Shown here one piece after another: positions 8,471 to 17,552 of a stretch of 64,000 bases of DNA. The DNA is taken from positions 158-64,157 of the forward strand of contig DATGII010000157.1 in assembly GCA_035295805.1 (NCBI GenBank). The letters are read 5' to 3'. How positions within the stretch are numbered: the stretch's first letter is position 1; every line of letters starts with the position of its first letter. The DNA is from Bryobacteraceae bacterium. GTDB taxonomy: Bacteria; Acidobacteriota; Terriglobia; Bryobacterales; Bryobacteraceae. The notes beneath the pieces were generated by a model that was given only the letters and a program-made list of their open reading frames with translations, had not been told where the DNA came from and ran no database searches. A program made the position numbers and the translations under genes.

Positions 8471-11106
8471 TACCTGCTGACTTGGATACTGGCCCCCGTT
8501 CCACCGCCACGACCGGGACGCGCGCCGCCACCGTCAGAGACCAGCTTGACCCACAGGGAACCATCGCCCTTGAAGTACGACGTGTCGCCGGCGCTGCGTA
8601 GCGCCTCCAGGCTGTTTTGTTGCGCGCCCGTGGCTGCGCTGCTGTATCCCGGTAATTCGAGGATCACCCATGAGCCCTTGTCCAGCTCCCGTACGCTGAT
8701 GGCCAGGGACGGCGCTTCGTCCTCCGCCCGGATCTCGGTACCGGCGAGTACCGTGGTGTCCCCGTTGACGGAAAGTTTCTTGCCGTTGCGGGTGAGAACG
8801 ACCGGTGGAGCGCCTCCAAAGAAACCTCCTCTACCGCCGGCTCCGCCACGGCCTCCAGCAGCGCCAGGACCGCCAGCTACGCCGCCCGCAGCGCCAGGGC
8901 CTCCAAATCCACCACGACCGCCGGCGCCTCCTCTACCGCCAAATCCACCACCGGGGGCGCCAATCTGGAGGCGGCCGAAATCACCCTTACACACGGCAGC
9001 GTTCCAGTCCGGCTTGATTTGACAGTGTTGCGGATCGTCCGCGATCCCGTTGTCAATCACAATGTACGAATCGCGGACGCCGCCGACCGAGCCGTCGATA
9101 TCGTGGAACACCGCACCATTCCAGCCGGTAAACCTTCCGAATTCACCGGAGAAGGACCAACGGCGATCCTGCTGCGGCGGGAAATACACCGGCTTGGCAT
9201 TTTCGAATGTCAGGCCTTCGACATCGTTGTTGGTGCTGATGGGAAAGCTGGTGTACAGCAGGTACGAGATGGCTCCGCTTCTGCGAGTGGCGTTGTCCAC
9301 GAAATTCACGAACTTGGTGTTGATCACGTGGTGCGTGAAGTCGTAGTATTCGTAGCCCCGGATCGGGTAGTCCGCGTCCGTGCGAGGCATGCTCCGGCCA
9401 TACGCGATTTCTGCTTCCGTCTTGGGGGTGCCCTTATTGTCCGTTTCGCCCACGAACAGGGAGTCCTCGACTTTCGAGGTATAGTCGCCGTGGTACGGGG
9501 CCACGCCGGGATACGCATGAGTGTAGCCGATCCCGCTGTCGGCCAGTTTCAGACCCTGGAACACATGATTCTCGCCGCGCGCCCAGATGGCAGCGCCATT
9601 GTTCTTGTAGCTGGTAAAGTCTCTGATCACGCTTTCCAGCCTCGCGCTGTTGGTGTCGCTGGGATCCGTATAGGGCAGATGCGAGTTCCCGCCAAGGTTG
9701 AATTTACCCTGGGCATTGGGTCCGCGATCGAACATCAGCCCGTCGACGTCGGAGTGTGCGACGTTGCCGGAAAACTCCCGCAGTTGCATGCGGCGCGGCC
9801 AGGTCTTCGCACTGATCTCCGTGCCTTCAAACTTACCCGTTGGATGTTCCGGCAAAGCGATCCAGAAGCCGGTTGCCTCGGAACCCGCGGACACATTCCC
9901 GCGGTACGTATTGTCGGGGTTGGTGATCCAGAAGGTGGACGCCGTGTTGTCGGAAGGAATCAACTGGTCGGTGGCATTTTGACCTTCCCCGGAGCCGTTT
10001 AAAGCGTTGGTCGGATTACAGGGCCTGGTGGGATTGCACCGGGTCAGCATCCCCAGGTTTCCGATGTACTGGTTCCCGTGTTCCACGCCATCTTCGAGGA
10101 AGTAGCAGTGACCGACGTTGTTGTACGCCACATTGTTCTCAACCCGCACATTATTTGTGCCATGCACCGTCACACAGCGGCTGTAGGTGTCGTGAATCGC
10201 GGAGTTCTCGATGTATTGCCCCGGCGCATCGCCCACCAGATGCCAATGGATCGGATACCGCGCCAGGTTCTCGTGCTGACCCATCCGAAAGAACTCGACG
10301 CCGGAGACTTTCATGGTCGAGCCGGCCATCGCCATCACATGCCCGCCGCTGAATGACTTCTCTGCATCCGCGGAAGCCTGGATCCGGATATTGCGAGTGA
10401 GCATACCGACTTCCCCACGCTCATCCACGCCGAAGGTGACTCCGCCGTAGTGCATGTACTCAAGTTTCTGATCGAGCGTGATCTTATTTCCAGAGATACC
10501 GGCAATGGTTCGTCGCTCTGCCTGGTGGGGATCGAAATCGGTTGACGCGACAACAATCTGCTCGCCTTTTTTCCAGTCGCCGGGATTCAAGACTTCGATG
10601 GTGCTGCTGCCTGCGGCGGCTGTTTTTGCCAGCTTGGTCCAGGAGTTTTTCGCGGTACCGTGCAGGCTCAGGGTTCCGCCCATGAGCATGATCCCGCGGT
10701 CGCCCATGGTTTCGATGTCTTCCCCCGGGACGTTATTGGTCAAGGTAATGGTCGCGTGGTGCGTGTGAGGTTTGGCTTCCGTACCAATCTCCAACTCCCC
10801 GTGCACCAGGATCCACTCGGTGGTCAGTTCCAGATCTTTCTTATCCGCGAAGCTCAGTTTGCCGTTGATCGTTAAACCGTGCAGCGGCGGGGGACTGACA
10901 TCGAGGACAACGTCCATGCCCTTCTCAATGGTGACCACGGCGTCTTTGCCCGGCACCTTCTTGTCCGGCCAGGTGGCTGCATCGGACCAGCGCTTCTCCT
11001 TGGCCGTCGAAGAAGTGGTTTGCTGAGCCGTAACGACGGCAGATCCGCCTAACAATAAAAAGGCAGGAAACAGCAGCGAAAGGAACAACGGATGATGTTT
11101 GCGCAT
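8470..11106 (-). CDS. G8-domain / right-handed beta-helix secreted protein (CEMIP/TMEM2-like), paralogue 1
   Basis: 878-aa ORF with signal peptide MRKHHPLFLSLLFPAFLLLGGSAVVTAQ. G8-like N-terminus (RWSDAATWPDKKVPGKDAVVTIEKGMDVVLD...INGKLSF). Beta-helix core with ARYPIHWHL...HDTYSRCVTVHGTNN. Gly/Arg-rich linker followed by a ~110-aa C-terminal domain. Confidence 0.85.
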   Translation of the reverse strand: MRKHHPLFLSLLFPAFLLLGGSAVVTAQQTTSSTAKEKRWSDAATWPDKKVPGKDAVVTIEKGMDVVLDVSPPPLHGLTINGKLSFADKKDLELTTEWILVHGELEIGTEAKPHTHHATITLTNNVPGEDIETMGDRGIMLMGGTLSLHGTAKNSWTKLAKTAAAGSSTIEVLNPGDWKKGEQIVVASTDFDPHQAERRTIAGISGNKITLDQKLEYMHYGGVTFGVDERGEVGMLTRNIRIQASADAEKSFSGGHVMAMAGSTMKVSGVEFFRMGQHENLARYPIHWHLVGDAPGQYIENSAIHDTYSRCVTVHGTNNVRVENNVAYNNVGHCYFLEDGVEHGNQYIGNLGMLTRCNPTRPCNPTNALNGSGEGQNATDQLIPSDNTASTFWITNPDNTYRGNVSAGSEATGFWIALPEHPTGKFEGTEISAKTWPRRMQLREFSGNVAHSDVDGLMFDRGPNAQGKFNLGGNSHLPYTDPSDTNSARLESVIRDFTSYKNNGAAIWARGENHVFQGLKLADSGIGYTHAYPGVAPYHGDYTSKVEDSLFVGETDNKGTPKTEAEIAYGRSMPRTDADYPIRGYEYYDFTHHVINTKFVNFVDNATRRSGAISYLLYTSFPISTNNDVEGLTFENAKPVYFPPQQDRRWSFSGEFGRFTGWNGAVFHDIDGSVGGVRDSYIVIDNGIADDPQHCQIKPDWNAAVCKGDFGRLQIGAPGGGFGGRGGAGGRGGFGGPGAAGGVAGGPGAAGGRGGAGGRGGFFGGAPPVVLTRNGKKLSVNGDTTVLAGTEIRAEDEAPSLAISVRELDKGSWVILELPGYSSAATGAQQNSLEALRSAGDTSYFKGDGSLWVKLVSDGGGARPGRGGGTGASIQVSR

Positions 11107-11303
11107 CGTTAAACCTCGGTACCGTGCAACAACTGAAAGCTGACGCCGAGACCTTCATATTATGTTACTTTCTCCGGCGAGATTTCATTGTCGATTTTGC
11201 GTCTGAGAATTGGGGCCTGCGGATGCCCTGATCCACTACCGGCAGGCGCAGCGCGGCGTCCTTCACCAGGCGGTCGGGTGATTGGGAGTCGGCGAACCGG
11301 AGG

Positions 11304-13109
11304 TCAGTTGCCGCTGGAGAACTGCCGGCTCTTGTTTAAGAAACAATTACCGACCACCAGCGCCTCGATCTGTGTCGTCATGAAGCAGTGGAACGCGTCT
11401 TCCGGAGTGCACACAATGGGCTCATCTTTGACGTTGAAACTGGTGTTCACGAGGACGGGGCAGCCCGTGCGTTGCTTGAAGGCAGAGATCAGCCGATAAA
11501 AGAGTGGATTCGTTCCCTCATGAACCGTTTGAATACGCGCGGAAAAATCGACGTGCGTCACGGCTGGAATGTCGGAGCGCTGCACTTTGAGTTTGTCCAT
11601 TCCCGTGGCCGAGAGTTGCTCCGCGGAAAGGGGGCGCCGCTTGGAATTGGCTACGTTCGTCACAAACAACATGTACGGGCTGTCCTCGTCCATGTCGAAC
11701 CATTCCGCCAGATCCTCGCGCAGCACGGCCGGAGCAAAGGGACGGAAGGACTCTCTATTCTTCACCTTTAGATTCAGCGTGGATTGCATTGTCGGGGAGC
11801 GCGGGTCGGCAAGGATCGAACGATTCCCGAGTGCGCGCGGCCCGAATTCCATTCGACCTTGAAACCAGCCGAGCGCCTGGCCGTCGACCAGAGAGTTGAC
11901 CGCATTCTGGATCAAATCATCGTCATTCAAGACAGTAAACCGCGCACCGGCCGCCTTCAATCGGTACTCGATTTCCTGCGCAGAAAACGAAGGACCGAGA
12001 TATCCTCCATTCATCCCGTCGCAGGCCAATGAACCGGTCTTCTTTTGCCCACTATAGAGGTAATGAGCAATGAGTGCCGCTCCGATCGCGCCACCGGCGT
12101 CCCCGGCAGCCGGCTGAATCCAAACGCGCCGAAAACGTCCGTCACGCAGAACCTTTCCATTGGCAACGCAGTTCAACGCCACGCCTCCGGCCAGACAAAG
12201 ATTCGCAGAGCCGGTCTCCGCCGCCAGCGTGCGCGTGATGCGAAGCACGGCTTCTTCGAGCACGGCCTGGATCGAAGCGGCAATGTCCATGTGCTCCTGG
12301 GTGATCGGCTCCCGGCTCGAGCGCGCCGGCATACCGAACAGGCGTTCGAACCGTCGATTGGTCATGCGGGATCCGGTGCAGTAATCAAAGTAGGACAAGT
12401 CCAGGCGGAAGGAACCGTCCGCTTTGAGGTCGATCAGCCGATCGGCAATGCGTTGCACATACTTTGGCCCGCCGTACGGCGCCAGTCCCATGATTTTGTA
12501 TTCATCGGAATTGACGGCAAATCCAAGGTAATACGTGAATGCGGAATATAGGAGTCCGAGGGAGTGCGGGAAATTGATTTCAGCAAGCAGTTCGACCCTA
12601 TCATTCCGCCCGATTCCGAATGTGGTGGTTGCCCACTCCCCAACTCCATCCATCGTTAATATGGCTGCTTCATCGAAGGGAGATGGGAAGAAGGCACTCG
12701 CGGCATGGCTTAGATGATGTTCAGAGAACAGCAGCTTCTTCCGCCAGTCAAAGCCGCCGCCCAGCTGAGTGAGTTCTGCAATCAGCTGTCTTTTCTGAAA
12801 CAGTTTTTGCCGCAACCACAATGGCATAGACATGGAGAACGACTTGATGCCCCTTGGCGCGGTCGCCAGATAGGTCAGCAGCAACCGTTCGAATTTCAGG
12901 AACGGCTTGTCGTAAAAGACTATGTAGTCGAGAGCGTCAAGCTTGATCCCGCCTTCATTCAGGCATGATTGGATCGCGTTACGTGGGAACTGCGCGTCGT
13001 TTTTCTTACGCGTGAATCGTTCTTCCTGAGCGGCAGCGACAATCTTTCCATCACAAACCAAGGCTGCTGCACTGTCGTGATAAAAGGCCGAGATTCCTAA
13101 TACTCGCAA
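11304..13109 (-). CDS. carbamoyltransferase (NodU/CmcH family)
   Basis: 601-aa ORF. MRVLGISAFYHDSAAALVCDGKIVAAAQEERFTRKKND is the canonical N-terminus of this family. Confidence 0.9.
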   Translation of the reverse strand: MRVLGISAFYHDSAAALVCDGKIVAAAQEERFTRKKNDAQFPRNAIQSCLNEGGIKLDALDYIVFYDKPFLKFERLLLTYLATAPRGIKSFSMSMPLWLRQKLFQKRQLIAELTQLGGGFDWRKKLLFSEHHLSHAASAFFPSPFDEAAILTMDGVGEWATTTFGIGRNDRVELLAEINFPHSLGLLYSAFTYYLGFAVNSDEYKIMGLAPYGGPKYVQRIADRLIDLKADGSFRLDLSYFDYCTGSRMTNRRFERLFGMPARSSREPITQEHMDIAASIQAVLEEAVLRITRTLAAETGSANLCLAGGVALNCVANGKVLRDGRFRRVWIQPAAGDAGGAIGAALIAHYLYSGQKKTGSLACDGMNGGYLGPSFSAQEIEYRLKAAGARFTVLNDDDLIQNAVNSLVDGQALGWFQGRMEFGPRALGNRSILADPRSPTMQSTLNLKVKNRESFRPFAPAVLREDLAEWFDMDEDSPYMLFVTNVANSKRRPLSAEQLSATGMDKLKVQRSDIPAVTHVDFSARIQTVHEGTNPLFYRLISAFKQRTGCPVLVNTSFNVKDEPIVCTPEDAFHCFMTTQIEALVVGNCFLNKSRQFSSGN

Positions 13110-13119
13110 CGCAGCCCCC

Positions 13120-13545
13120 TCAAAATTGATCGCGCAGCGATTCGCGCGAAACGGAATCGGGAACCCGTCGGCTCCAGTAGGATTTCGCGTTGGCGTCGCG
13201 GCGCAACAGCAGAGGGTCTTTCCTCATTGCCCGCATGAGCAGAGATACCGGAACAAAGACTGCGTAAAAAATCACGGCCATGGTCACCCGGCCGGTGATC
13301 TTACCCAACAGGACAGCGAGTGCTGTCCAGGCGATATTCAAAGGGTGCAACACGCGCGGAGCAATGAGCGCCAGCAGCAGAAAGGCTCCAGCCGGCCAGA
13401 GCGCCCATTGGCGGAGACTGCCGTGACGCAGCAAAGGGAAAGCGGCGAAAACCATGGACACCACAAAGAACACAACACCAAAAGTCCGGTCGGAGACCGG
13501 CCTCGGAGGCGCCTCGGACTCGAAGTGCTCGTGAGTACTGGTCAC
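13120..13545 (-). CDS. SxtJ-family membrane protein
   Basis: 141-aa ORF (GTG start) with three hydrophobic helices and a ...RAMRKDPLLLRRDANAKSYW tail. It sits between DUF5989 and the carbamoyltransferase, as in the conserved cassette I recall. Confidence 0.7.
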   Translation of the reverse strand: MTSTHEHFESEAPPRPVSDRTFGVVFFVVSMVFAAFPLLRHGSLRQWALWPAGAFLLLALIAPRVLHPLNIAWTALAVLLGKITGRVTMAVIFYAVFVPVSLLMRAMRKDPLLLRRDANAKSYWSRRVPDSVSRESLRDQF

Positions 13546-13701
13546 TTAAAACAGTGGATATAAGAAAGGAGCGATCACCGGGCTGCTACTGGCCAAAGCC
13601 ACTACGATTGCAAAAGCGATCAAGACGGCGATGATCGGTAGGAGCCAGAATCGTTTTCGAACCCTCAAGAAACGCCAGAGTTCCGAGACAAAATCAACCA
13701 T
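13546..13701 (-). CDS. DUF5989-family small membrane protein (51 aa; below the ORF-track cutoff)
   Basis: Hand translation gives MVDFVSELWRFLRVRKRFWLLPIIAVLIAFAIVVALASSSPVIAPFLYPLF*. This matches the DUF5989 pattern (ELWxFLRxRKxxWLLPI...APFIYxLF). The stop abuts the SxtJ start. Confidence 0.75.
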   Translation of the reverse strand: MVDFVSELWRFLRVRKRFWLLPIIAVLIAFAIVVALASSSPVIAPFLYPLF

Positions 13702-13709
13702 GGTTGTAC

Positions 13710-14918
13710 TCAATGCCTTTCAGGCGGATTATCGGTCGCATGAGCGTTCGGACCAGGGGCTACCGCTTTGGCCTCTTTCAGAATGACTTCGGTTAACGGC
13801 ACAGCGACATCCCGGTGGCCTAGGGGCGTCAAGTGGTCGCCGAACACCTGGTGATTCGCGTTTGCTTTCGCGAGTTCGTCGACCAGAGACGTAAACTGGA
13901 TATTCAACCGTTTTGCGATATCGGCGATCTTGCGCTCCCCGGCTTGCCTGGTCAGTTGTGCCTTCACACCGCTCCGAATGGCATCTTGCTGGAACTGGGT
14001 CCACATATCCTGCCGGATCTCGATCAAGGCCGGCAAATATATGATGCGGAATCGAATATCCGGCCCCAAAGTTCTGAGTATCAGATCAAAGCACTGCACA
14101 TTTTGTTTTAAGACCAGGTCCATCGCGGGATGATGCGCATCGGAATAAAAATACGGAAATACCTCGGCGAAACTTCGATAGGTTTTTCGGATCTCCCCAT
14201 AGCGTTCCGCCATCTCCGCTTTCAGGAGCTCGGGAGGTTTGGGATAGCCAAAGAGAATGTCCTCGAGCTGCTCCGGATTCTTACTCGAGTACAAATAGTA
14301 CGGCCCCAGAGGAGCCGGCGTTTCCAACGGAAAACTGTGGGGCAGGTCGTAACCGCCAGATAAGAACAGCCACACCTCGTTCGGATGATACTTCAATGCA
14401 AAATTCCTGATCACGCCGTAGGCATGGGCCGGGCCGTAGTTGGAAATGCCGAAGTTCATGACTTCCACGGCGAGCTTCTTCTCGGACAATGCGGGTACCA
14501 GGTCCTCGATGAGATTACTAAAACGGCTGGTCTCCGGAACCTGTTCCGCCTCGACGAACGAATCGCCGATCATGGCAATTCGGTAGAACGGCGACTGCAG
14601 GAAATGGTCACGGTCAATAAAGCCTTCGGCGTTAGTTCGAACGCGCGTATCGTAGCCAAAATTTGGGTTGGCGCGGTGGACCTGGGTATTTCCGTTAAGC
14701 CTCCACCCGACGCGCCGGTCGTAAACGTAGGCAATGGACTCCGCTTGCTGCACCTGTTGCTGCTGTACTCTCTCCGCAGTTGATTTTCGCAGACGCTCGC
14801 GCACATAAGGGAAGGCGAAATACGCAGTACCGACGGCAACCGTCGTCACCACGACGAGGAGCAGCCAGTTCGTCAGACGGCTGGAACTCACATGTTCTTC
14901 AGCCAGTTTGGTGGACAC
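13710..14918 (-). CDS. membrane-anchored SGNH/GDSL-like hydrolase
   Basis: 402-aa ORF with an N-terminal TM helix (WLLLVVVTTVAVGTAYFAF). Block I is IAMIGDSFVE and a block V-like motif is FGDHLTPLGH. Confidence 0.6.
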   Translation of the reverse strand: MSTKLAEEHVSSSRLTNWLLLVVVTTVAVGTAYFAFPYVRERLRKSTAERVQQQQVQQAESIAYVYDRRVGWRLNGNTQVHRANPNFGYDTRVRTNAEGFIDRDHFLQSPFYRIAMIGDSFVEAEQVPETSRFSNLIEDLVPALSEKKLAVEVMNFGISNYGPAHAYGVIRNFALKYHPNEVWLFLSGGYDLPHSFPLETPAPLGPYYLYSSKNPEQLEDILFGYPKPPELLKAEMAERYGEIRKTYRSFAEVFPYFYSDAHHPAMDLVLKQNVQCFDLILRTLGPDIRFRIIYLPALIEIRQDMWTQFQQDAIRSGVKAQLTRQAGERKIADIAKRLNIQFTSLVDELAKANANHQVFGDHLTPLGHRDVAVPLTEVILKEAKAVAPGPNAHATDNPPERH

Positions 14919-14939
14919 AATGCGGGTATTATAGCGCTA

Positions 14940-15848
14940 ATGGCATTGGATTCTTTATTCAAGGAGCTGCGACGGCGACGCGTCGATGACGATCGCAGCT
15001 ACTACGGGGCAAGGCGAGCCGCTCACCAGGATTATGCTTCAGAAAATGCGCAGGTTTTTTGTTTTGAGAATTACAGGGTCGACGAGCTCCAATCGGAATT
15101 GTCACACGCGAAAAACCCGGCGTTGCAGATGCTGGCCTGCATGTACCAACCACCGCGCAAATTTCCGGACATGAGCAATTTCCGTCTGGGCCCGAATGTC
15201 TTCGACCGCATCCCGCTGGACTGGATTGTTTTTGCGACTGCCGACAAAGCTTTCAAGACTCCGCAACTGATCGGACACGGCGTGACGACGCGCGTGCCCT
15301 GGACGGGCGATCCGCAAACGCTTCCCCGCGGCTGGCAAGGCATAGTCCGCCGCTGTTACGAAAACGGCTTGAACACCAATCAAAAGTGCAACACGCTGGT
15401 CGGCCTCTTTATCAATATCGAGAACGATTTTCGCCAACAGGGCTGGGCGCTCAAAGCGGTTGAAGGGATGAAGGCGATCGCGCGCGGCGCAGGTCTGTCG
15501 TCGCTGATCATTCCATTACGCCTCCCCACGCGGTATGAAAAGGACAACGCCACCGTGGAGTTCAAGGACTTCGCGTTGCTCAAGCGAGAGGATGGGGAAT
15601 ATCGGGATCACTGGCTCCGCTTGCACGTTCGTGCGGGAGCCGAGGTCATAGCGTTGTGTGATTCATCGCATCAGCACGCGATGCATCTTGAGGATTTCTA
15701 CCAGCAATTCAAAGCGACGGGCATCACGAGCAGCGGCTACCATCTGGCGCTTCAAAACGGTGAATGGTTTCGCGCGTTCATTGACCTGGAACGCGAGTTC
15801 GCCCTGATCAATGAAGGCTGCGTGTGGGTCCAATATCGTGACGTCTGA
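14940..15848 (+). CDS. hypothetical protein, possibly GNAT-like acyltransferase
   Basis: The ORF track gives 14892-15848. I prefer the ATG at 14940, which avoids overlapping the divergent gene's start. RQQGWALKAVEGMKAIARGAG resembles the GNAT acyl-CoA-binding motif (Q/RxxGxG/A). The product call is weak. Confidence 0.5.
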   Translation: MALDSLFKELRRRRVDDDRSYYGARRAAHQDYASENAQVFCFENYRVDELQSELSHAKNPALQMLACMYQPPRKFPDMSNFRLGPNVFDRIPLDWIVFATADKAFKTPQLIGHGVTTRVPWTGDPQTLPRGWQGIVRRCYENGLNTNQKCNTLVGLFINIENDFRQQGWALKAVEGMKAIARGAGLSSLIIPLRLPTRYEKDNATVEFKDFALLKREDGEYRDHWLRLHVRAGAEVIALCDSSHQHAMHLEDFYQQFKATGITSSGYHLALQNGEWFRAFIDLEREFALINEGCVWVQYRDV

Positions 15849-15969
15849 TTCGTACTCCGGGTCGTATTGGAGAGTGAGATCGAGTTGCTGATCGTAGCGT
15901 CGATCGCGTCAATCGCCAGCACCGGATGTCCGGAAACGCGTCCGTCCCGTTTCTTCCCGCAAAGAGCGT

Positions 15970-16458
15970 CTATGCGATTCGAGCGCGGCGTTTGCGCGGG
16001 GTGGCCGCTTGTGCGGCGTCGGCTAGGACGCGCAGGGCACGATTGACCGATTCGCTGTCGGGAAACAGATGCTGCAAGTCGGGGTCGATGAGCACCAGGT
16101 TCATTCCCGCGGTGGCGCGCTGCAAGTATTTGCCTCTCACGCCACCCTTCAAGCGGGAGAGATCATACTGTCGCCGCAAATCGTCATTGTGTTTGGCTGC
16201 TGGTCCCTTCTTCATATTGTTTTCGCTCGGTTCGCGTAGCCGGGCGTTGATGATTCGAATTTTCCCCTCGCGCTCGCAGTGGGAAACGAACACCAGACGT
16301 CTCTTTATAGTACAGCCGACCGTGATTTCTCGCCGCTCTTCCGGCGCGTGGTCGGGGTCAGGAAACGTGGTTGCGAGAGGATCTAGGAAAACGGTGGCTG
16401 CGTCCTCAAAGGCGACACGATGCTTCTGAGATTTGCCGCAGGTTTGCGGGCATCCCAT
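15970..16458 (-). CDS. BrnT-like (DUF497) toxin fused in frame to an antitoxin-like tail; N-terminus apparently frameshifted
   Basis: The 162-aa ORF contains KHRVAFEDAATVFLDPLATTFPDPDHAPEERREITVGCTIKRRLVFVSHCEREGKIRIINAR (DUF497 pattern), then MKKGPAAKHNDDLRRQYDLSRLKGGVRGKY...LIDPDLQHLFPDSESVNRALRVL. The canonical first residues MTIEWDARKPAANL are encoded from ATG 16469 in another frame. Confidence 0.65.
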   Translation of the reverse strand: MGCPQTCGKSQKHRVAFEDAATVFLDPLATTFPDPDHAPEERREITVGCTIKRRLVFVSHCEREGKIRIINARLREPSENNMKKGPAAKHNDDLRRQYDLSRLKGGVRGKYLQRATAGMNLVLIDPDLQHLFPDSESVNRALRVLADAAQAATPRKRRARIA

Positions 16459-16632
16459 TCGATCGTCATGCCAAACCGAGTTTACCGCGAGGGCTGCGGG
16501 CGGCTCGAGACCGCTTCACGCGATACACCGCAACATAGGGCAGCGGAGGAAACAACACTTCGCGGGTGTCCGGCTCGCTTCCGGGCCGTCCGCGATACGG
16601 CGACTCCCTCAATGAACGGATTCGTGCCGTAC

Positions 16633-16717
16633 GGGGTGTTTCGCGGACAGGGTAGCCAATACCGAGGTTCATGGCGCACGGAGTTCGGGAGTTTGGTAGA
16701 CCGTCCCCGAAATGCCT
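16633..16717. repeat. 85-bp structured repeat, copy A
   Basis: ggggtgtttcgcggacagggtagccaataccgaggttcatggcgcacggagttcgggagtttggtagaccgtccccgaaatgcct. Identical to copy B (17770-17854) at 76/85 positions by hand alignment, in the same orientation. Confidence 0.85.
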
Positions 16718-17552
16718 AATTCTTTGGTCGCGACGTGCTTCGGGTCTCCAGGCAAACGGGCTCGCGATACTGCCGCGAGATCGTGATGAGGTTCGGATCT
16801 TCATCTTTAAGCGCCTGGAAAATCGGCTCCGTTGGTCTCCACATTCCGTGCAGAGTTCCGTTCAGATCCGCATCGTGGTGGGCTGGAATGTAGATCCTGG
16901 GTTTATAGACGCTCAGGTACTCCAAAGCTCGTTTGATCGTCAGGGCTGGCAATACGTCCGCCGCCACCGCAGCCAGAGCCAGATCCACGTTTCCTACCTT
17001 CTGCATCACTGTTCTTTCGTAGTCCGTGAGACTTCCGCCGCTATCGCGGTAAATGATCCGGTAACGGTCATCGAGGGTAATTAGATACGCAATGGTTCCT
17101 TCCGTGATGATGCGAGGATCGAAACTGCCCCGGTCTTCGATGCTGGCCATTTCGGCCATTTGGGCGGCCGTATATGGCTGCGTGACCGCTTTCAGTGCTT
17201 GATTGAATGCTGCCGTCACGTTCGGCGGAGGCTCTCCATGGCGGCCCAGAATAGGCTCCACCTCAAATCCCGGGAACTTCAGCACTTCTCCTCCCTTGCC
17301 GGTCACGGTCTTGATCAGCTTTGGACCAAGCGCCTGAGATCGTAGCTTATCGGTAGTGATTGGTGCGCCAACGACGATCGCACCGGTCCTGGTGCTGACC
17401 GACGCGGCATCCGACATATGATCGAAGTGCGCATGGCCAATCAAGATAACGTCTGCCTTCTTGATGTCAGCGGCCTTGAATCCCAGTGGAGTATACGTGC
17501 TCCCTCGATCGAAGTATGCGTCCAGTAGAATGATCTGTCCCTTATAGATCAA
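16716..17552 (-). CDS. MBL-fold metallo-hydrolase; no ATG/GTG start in frame and signal peptide in another frame (possible pseudogene or assembly error)
   Basis: 278-aa ORF with HxHxDH in LIGHAHFDHM. The frame is open upstream to 17621 (…HTLAIRWTGYSNFELIYKGQ…) but contains only TTG/CTG codons there. Confidence 0.7.
   Translation of the reverse strand: MIYKGQIILLDAYFDRGSTYTPLGFKAADIKKADVILIGHAHFDHMSDAASVSTRTGAIVVGAPITTDKLRSQALGPKLIKTVTGKGGEVLKFPGFEVEPILGRHGEPPPNVTAAFNQALKAVTQPYTAAQMAEMASIEDRGSFDPRIITEGTIAYLITLDDRYRIIYRDSGGSLTDYERTVMQKVGNVDLALAAVAADVLPALTIKRALEYLSVYKPRIYIPAHHDADLNGTLHGMWRPTEPIFQALKDEDPNLITISRQYREPVCLETRSTSRPKN

Noticed and set aside
8803-8962. Repetitive GGN/CGN tracts as tandem repeats or a CRISPR-like array
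   Set aside because: They are in frame within the G8 ORFs and encode Gly/Arg low-complexity linkers. There is no repeat-spacer periodicity, and no CRISPR array was seen anywhere in the window.
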